This document shows positions 57,160-64,000 of a stretch of DNA of 64,000 nucleotides, one piece after another. The notes under the pieces were generated by a model, which had not been told where the DNA came from, did no database searches, and saw only the letters and a program-made list of their open reading frames with translations. Source of the DNA: Myxococcota bacterium (GTDB lineage: Bacteria > Myxococcota_A > Bradymonadia > UBA7976 > UBA1532); contig JAYZEG010000041.1 in NCBI GenBank assembly GCA_036337435.1, positions 102,711 to 166,710 on the forward strand. The letters are read 5' to 3'. The stretch's first letter is position 1, and each line of letters starts with the position of its first letter. A program made the position numbers and the translations under genes.

Positions 57160-57873
57160 ATGTTCGATTCGCTTACCATTGTTATGGCCGCGTTTAACGA
57201 AGAAGAGGCGCTCCCGCCATGTGTTGAGCGAACCCTCGCGTTTCTCGACGAGCATGTTCGTGATGGCGAACTTGTCATCGTCAACGATGGGTCATCTGAT
57301 GGTACGGCAGATATCATCGATGCACTCGCAGAGACGCATCAGAACCTGGTGGCATGTCATCTTGCCGAAAATTCGGGTATGGGTGCCGCATTGCTTGAAG
57401 GATATCGAGTGGCCAGCAAGTCTTGGTTTGCAATGATGCCAGCCGATGGCCAAATCGATGCCTATGAATTTCTGGGTTTTTTTCCCAGCGCGGTGAATGC
57501 GGATGTCGTGACGTCGTTGTATCGAAATCGAAGTTATACATTCACTCGAAAGTGTCTGTCCTATGGGCTAAGAATGCTGACAGCAAGTGTCGTTGGCACG
57601 CGCGCGCGCACCGAGGGGTCATACATGGTTCGGCGCGATGTGTACTCGGAGCTTGGTGCCTCGTCCCACAGTTTTCTGTTGAATCTAGAGATTCCCATAC
57701 GAGCAAAGAAAAAGGGCTTTAGGGTGGCAACGGTCTACATGAATGTCCACGAGCGCATTGCCGGCGAGTCGAAGGCCGTCAACCTGAATCGGATCACTCA
57801 GACATTCAACGAACTTTTCAAGCTGAGGGTCCGTATGGAAAAAGAACGTTGGCGCGGAAGAACGGGTCGATAG
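57160..57873 (+). CDS. GT2 glycosyltransferase, DPM1/polyprenol-phosphate glycosyltransferase-like
   Basis: IVMAAFNEE, VNDGSSDGT, NSGMGAA, ADGQ, R..GESK; start reassigned to ATG 57160. Confidence 0.88.
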   Translation: MFDSLTIVMAAFNEEEALPPCVERTLAFLDEHVRDGELVIVNDGSSDGTADIIDALAETHQNLVACHLAENSGMGAALLEGYRVASKSWFAMMPADGQIDAYEFLGFFPSAVNADVVTSLYRNRSYTFTRKCLSYGLRMLTASVVGTRARTEGSYMVRRDVYSELGASSHSFLLNLEIPIRAKKKGFRVATVYMNVHERIAGESKAVNLNRITQTFNELFKLRVRMEKERWRGRTGR

Positions 57874-57992
57874 GCTCCTATTCCTTGAGATGACCCGAGT
57901 CTTGAACCTCATGGCTCAGCGTGATAAGTGGGCCCGTGGGTAAAAACGTACCATCCGAACAAACCAAGAAGACTTAGATAAAGGATAGAGTC

Positions 57993-58886
57993 ATGTTTCA
58001 GCGGATCCTGATTTCGATGTGTTTAGCACTCATGACATTTGCATGCGGAGGCCGTCAAAATGTGATGGTTAGTGCTAAGAAGGCTGTGGCCGATGCAGAC
58101 GTTCAAACCGCAAAAGAGTTGGCGAGCAAAGCCCGTGAGTTGTGGAAAGAAAGAGAAGATGAGTCCAAGGCTAAAGCGGCCATCGATGCTTGGAACCAGG
58201 CGATTATCGCCGATCCCAACCGACACGATGTCTATCGAGACTTGGCTTATGCGTACTACTACATGAATAATGTCTTTGTGCGTTGGCAAGATGATAACTC
58301 GGATGCCGAACGCAAGAACTACTTGAAGGGTGTGGAAGCGGCAGAAAAAGCCCTGAGCATTGCAAACCCAGCATTTGCTGAAACGATTTTAGCGGGTGGC
58401 GATAAGGATGATGCATGGACTAGAGCTCTCGAAGCGGCCACGAAAGAGGATGTAAAGGCTCTTTACTGGTATGCAACCAATCTCGCAAAATGGGCACTGA
58501 AAGATGGGATTGGCTCACTCCTGAAGTACAAGGATCGAGCCTACGCAATCATGCAACGTTGCAAGGCACTCGACAACAGCTTCTGGTATGGCGGCCCATC
58601 TCGATATTTGGGGGCATATTGGCTTAAGATCCCGTTCGGAAAGAGCCCTGAAAAATCAAAGGCGAATTTCGAAGCGTCCGTCAATGCAGCACCACAGTAT
58701 CTCGACACCAAACTTCTGATGGCTGAAATCTATGCTGTCCGCACCGATAACGAAGCCTTATTCAAAAGGCTTCTGAACGACGTCTTGGAGACCGCCGATG
58801 ATGTCGATCAGGCACTGATTCCTGAGAATAAGAACGCGAAGCGGATCGCCAAGAAAATGCTAGAAAATATGGATGACTATTTCTAG
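57993..58886 (+). CDS. tatT: TRAP transporter T-component (TPAT) TPR lipoprotein
   Basis: Lipobox TFAC; TPR helices; ALYWYA, YGGP..YLG..W, F...L..V, EN..AK..A; first gene of a dctPQM operon. Confidence 0.8.
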   Translation: MFQRILISMCLALMTFACGGRQNVMVSAKKAVADADVQTAKELASKARELWKEREDESKAKAAIDAWNQAIIADPNRHDVYRDLAYAYYYMNNVFVRWQDDNSDAERKNYLKGVEAAEKALSIANPAFAETILAGGDKDDAWTRALEAATKEDVKALYWYATNLAKWALKDGIGSLLKYKDRAYAIMQRCKALDNSFWYGGPSRYLGAYWLKIPFGKSPEKSKANFEASVNAAPQYLDTKLLMAEIYAVRTDNEALFKRLLNDVLETADDVDQALIPENKNAKRIAKKMLENMDDYF

Positions 58887-58953
58887 GAAGAGAATAAATC
58901 CCATCCCGAACGTCTAACGCGATTAGCGTTAACTGTAATTGGAGAATTAATTC

Positions 58954-59946
58954 ATGCGAAGCCTGCTAATTATCCTGAGTTGCTTGAGTGTCACCTTGTC
59001 GACAGCTCAGGCTCAGAAGAATGAGTTCACGATGAAAGGTGCAACCGTAGCACCTCCAAATACACCGTGGTCCGAGTTGCTGAAAAGCTATAAAAAGCTG
59101 GTGAGAAAAGGCAGTGATAAGCGGATTAAGGTTAAAGTTTACTTGGGTGGAACAAAGGGTGATGAGCAAAGCATCGTCCGACAGGTGCGGAAAGGCACCC
59201 TACAGGCAGCAGGCGTATCGACGGGTGCAATGTCAGTGGTCGTACCCGAGATCGACATCTTTGAACTTCCATATCTCTTCGATTCAGTCGAGCAAGCTGA
59301 CCGAGTCCTTGATGCCGTAAGGCCGCTGGTATCACAAATTCTGGAAGCAAAAGGGTTTAAGCTGATTATGTACTCCGAGAACGGGTATCGTTGTTTCGGT
59401 TCAAAGAAACCGATTCGGACACCAGCTGATCTTAAAGCCTACAAGATGCGCTCACAAGAAAGCCCGTCCCACCTCGCTATGTATGGCGCCCTTGGAGCAA
59501 GTGCTCGGCCGATTTCGGTCAGCGAAGTTTTGCCTGCGTTGCAAACGGGCAATGTCGATGGTTTTGATAACACCGCCCTTTTTACCCAAGCAGCAAGTTG
59601 GCATCAGGGAATTCAACACTTCACTGTGAGTAATCACATTTACCAACCTGCACTTTTGATCCTCAACAAGGCTTGGTTTGATTCTTTGCCTCCTGAATTG
59701 CAGTCGATTGTGATTCCCAAGGACCGAAAGTTGGAGACTAAAGGTCGGAAGGGGATTCGTGCGCTGACTCCACTACTTTTGAAAAATTTTGAACAGCAAA
59801 ATGTCACTGTTTATTCGTTAACTGATGCGGAGCGAAACGCGTTTAAGAAAGTAACCCATCCAGCCTGGGCCGAACGGATGAAGACTGCGACACCCATGGG
59901 CAAAAAACTCTTCGACGCGATCCAGGAAGCTAAGAAAGCTCAGTGA
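58954..59946 (+). CDS. dctP: TRAP substrate-binding protein
   Basis: ATVAP..TPW, YLGG..GDE, LPYLF, ENGYR, P.DL..KMR, LQTG.VDG. Confidence 0.95.
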   Translation: MRSLLIILSCLSVTLSTAQAQKNEFTMKGATVAPPNTPWSELLKSYKKLVRKGSDKRIKVKVYLGGTKGDEQSIVRQVRKGTLQAAGVSTGAMSVVVPEIDIFELPYLFDSVEQADRVLDAVRPLVSQILEAKGFKLIMYSENGYRCFGSKKPIRTPADLKAYKMRSQESPSHLAMYGALGASARPISVSEVLPALQTGNVDGFDNTALFTQAASWHQGIQHFTVSNHIYQPALLILNKAWFDSLPPELQSIVIPKDRKLETKGRKGIRALTPLLLKNFEQQNVTVYSLTDAERNAFKKVTHPAWAERMKTATPMGKKLFDAIQEAKKAQ

Positions 59947-60913
59947 ACTCGTCAGAGAACACACTCAGAACATCAGATGGGCCCGACGAGACGCCGATTC
60001 GGCGTCTCGCACATTTGGTCGATCATTGCATCTACCGCATCGAGACAGCCTTGGTCACCATCGCGGCACTGGTCATGACAGCTACGGTGACGCTAGCCAT
60101 CGTCCACCGTTCGTTTGCAAATTCAGATAGTTTGTTGGCCAAGAAGATCCTCGCCGTCTTCGGTTGGTTTGGACTTGAAACAACACCAGCCCGACTCGAG
60201 TTTGTCTCACGCTGGATCACGCCGATGATACTGGCGGCGCTTGTTTTCTTTATTGGTCGGTCTATTTACGGTGCGACGACTCGCCTCAGGGGTGATGAGC
60301 CGAGCAAACGAAGTCTAACTGTATCTGGCTTTGTCTCTATTGCACTGATGTACGGTCTCTTACAGCTGATTATGGCACTCTCCAGCCGATGGATATGTAC
60401 TGGGCTTGTGGTTTTGGGGTGTGCGCTTTGGTTCAAATCAAGCCTTCGTACTCGCCGAGTGTTTGACAGTATTTTGTCTCTTGTTCTCATGGGATTGGGC
60501 TGTTGGGCGTGTACGACACTTCGCCCGGGTTATAATTGGGCGCAGGAGTTATCCCTCATTTTGCTGGCCTGGATGGCCTTCCTTGGTGGTTCGATGGCGA
60601 CTCGTGCGGGTCGTCACATTCAGGTTGATGCCTTATCCAAAGTCGTGCCAACGCGATTTAGACCATGGACACGAGCGATCGGTCTGTCCCTCGCGACAGC
60701 GTTTTGCGCATACCTTACCTACCTGGCGTATATCCACGTCTTCGGCTCAACTGGAGACTTTTACGGCGGTGAAATTAGGCCTGCAACTCGACTCCCAGCA
60801 TGGGTCATCATTCTATCTGCTGTTGTCAGTTTCGGGCTGATGACACTTCGGTTCGGCGCGATGACTGTTGACGCATTTGTCAATCGCCGGCTCCCCTCAG
60901 AGGAGCTTGTACA

Positions 60914-60917
<4 letters not shown>
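59943..60917 (+). CDS. dctQ: TRAP small permease (extended)
   Basis: WAQELS..L..W.AFLG.S.A....RHI.VD motif; extra TM segments. Confidence 0.85.
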
Positions 60918-62671
<1,754 letters not shown>

Positions 62672-62946
62672 CTGTAAGTACCCGTCCTGAACCACCCAAA
62701 ATTAGCATCTTTTTACGGCTCGTTACTTCAGCCAATAGTCGACGGCCTCGAGGGTCTTGTTTGCGCGTGAAGACAAGTCTTCGTACTTCCCATGGCCTGA
62801 GAATGGAGACAGTGGTCGCAAATTAGACCCGCGGCCTTATTTGTATCTGCACCAAGCTAGACTTAATCTACGATCTGTCAGACTGTAGCTAAGACCATTA
62901 AGACCACGTTTGAATTGATTTGAGCCAGTAACAGGAGGGACGTTTT

Positions 62947-63363
62947 ATGAGTGAATCGCTGCCCATCAGCATCCAATTTCCAATTCACTGGGGTGAACTA
63001 GATGTACTCGGACATGTCAACCATGCACGTTTTGCCGTTTGGCTCGAGAGTGCTCGTATGCGGCTCTTTGAAACTGTTGGCTTAGTTTGGGATGGCAAAC
63101 CAACTCATGGTCCAATTCTGGCGCGATTAGAGGTCGATTATGTCGCACCGGTGCATTTTCCGGCCATCATCGATGTTCGAGTTGGGGTGAGTAAAATTGG
63201 GAGAACCAGTTTTGTTTTAGAGTATGAGCTGTATTCAACAGAAGGCGGATCAAGTTTTCTTGCTGCAAAAAGTAAAAGTGTAATCGTGATTTACAATTAC
63301 CAAGACGCGTGTTCTGAACCGATTCCAGACGACATCCGCCAGGCTTTAGAGAACTTGAGTTAA
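62947..63363 (+). CDS. Acyl-CoA thioesterase (4HBT/FadM-like hotdog)
   Basis: WGELDVLGHVNHA..WLE.AR, IGRTSF; AGGAGG RBS. Confidence 0.93.
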   Translation: MSESLPISIQFPIHWGELDVLGHVNHARFAVWLESARMRLFETVGLVWDGKPTHGPILARLEVDYVAPVHFPAIIDVRVGVSKIGRTSFVLEYELYSTEGGSSFLAAKSKSVIVIYNYQDACSEPIPDDIRQALENLS

Positions 63364-63554
63364 ACCTTAACTATGACCCATCCGAATTGGCGGCACAGAA
63401 CTCGTCCTTAAGATCCGACTCGTTATGTTGATGAGTGATCGGCGAGAGACGTCTGGCTGAACCAGTCGATGCCAGACGTACATTCATCTACCCCTATTGG
63501 CAGATGATGATCCTTGAGCTGAGGGGTAGGGTGGGTTGGTGAGATAGCTCTGGC

Positions 63555-64000
63555 TCAGCTATCACTGTCTCCAGCATCGCCAGCGTTTCCAGGCTCATTT
63601 GCGCCATCACCGGCACCGTCACCGTTACCTGGCTCGCCTTCGCCATTTGCGCCATCACCGGCACCTTCGCCGTTTCCAGGCTCATTTGCGCCGTCACCGG
63701 CACCGTCGCCGTTTCCAGGTTCATTTGCGCCATCACCGGCACCGTCACCGTTGCCCGGCTCGCCCTCGCCATTTGCGCCATCACCGGCACCGTCGCCGTT
63801 GCCCGGCTCGCCCTCGCCATTTGCGCCATCACCGGCACCGTCACCGTTGCCTGGCTCGCCCTCGCCATTTGCGCCATCACCGGCACCGTCGCCGTTGCCT
63901 GGCTCGCCCTCGCCATTTGCGCCATCTCCGCCAGCACCACCGGCTCCGCCAGCACCACCGGCTCCGCCAGCACCGCCTTCAGCTCCAGCACCACCGGCGC
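63555..64000 (-). CDS. 3' end of a protein with a Gly/Asp/Asn/Glu-rich tandem-repeat tail (enters from the right edge)
   Basis: The frame from 63998 reads AGGAGAEGGAGGAGG...(GDGANGEGEPGNGDGA)n...NEPGNAGDAGDSDS*, TGA at 63555-63557. Repeat-unit differences are mostly third-position in this frame. Confidence 0.75.
   Translation of the reverse strand, partial: AGGAGAEGGAGGAGGAGGAGGAGGDGANGEGEPGNGDGAGDGANGEGEPGNGDGAGDGANGEGEPGNGDGAGDGANGEGEPGNGDGAGDGANEPGNGDGAGDGANEPGNGEGAGDGANGEGEPGNGDGAGDGANEPGNAGDAGDSDS
63570..63975 (-). repeat. Coding tandem repeats: 48-bp and 39-bp units plus an 18-bp Gly-Ala unit
   Basis: Five GDGANGEGEPGNGDGA units, three shorter GDGANEPGNGDGA-type units (last one partial), about three CCGCCAGCACCACCGGCT copies. 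Confidence 0.9.

Noticed and set aside
63570..63975. CRISPR array
   Set aside because: Head-to-tail coding repeats with lengths in multiples of three, no unique spacers, no cas genes.
63494..63994. 166-aa VMAQMARASQAT repeat ORF from the track
   Set aside because: Alternative frame of the Gly-rich repeat; unit differences are non-synonymous here but mostly synonymous in the Gly frame, which enters from beyond the window edge.

Overview
Gene-dense bacterial chromosomal segment with about 50 CDS. I found no rRNA, tRNA, CRISPR array or recognisable mobile element. The gene repertoire points to a Myxococcota/deltaproteobacterial-type organism (inference): giant Cys-rich lipoproteins, a MYXO-CTERM-like protein, a Ser/Thr kinase-PEGA/TPR cluster, an FYDLN protein and an ECF/zf-HC2 pair. 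Housekeeping and metabolic genes include uppS, gltA, argS, RNase Z, mepA, phoD, an acyl-CoA dehydrogenase and a TPAT/TRAP transporter. The most notable signals are: (1) an RHH+XRE dual DNA-binding-domain regulator preceded by three copies of a 20-bp palindrome TGAATCCCAATTGGGATTCA, upstream of a pseudokinase-TM-FGE/CLec protein translationally coupled to a STAND-type ATPase; (2) a beta-barrel/OmpA protein coupled to a 1216-aa Cys-repeat lipoprotein (TraAB-like architecture); (3) a HelD-like helicase interrupted by one in-frame TAG; (4) TMTC-like and TMEM260/DUF2723-like GT-C glycosyltransferases plus a DPM1-like GT2, suggesting surface-protein glycosylation; (5) several eukaryote-like enzymes (NPEPL1-like M17 peptidase, ACADSB-like dehydrogenase, TM-type RNase Z). 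All family assignments come from motif recognition by eye, not from database searches.
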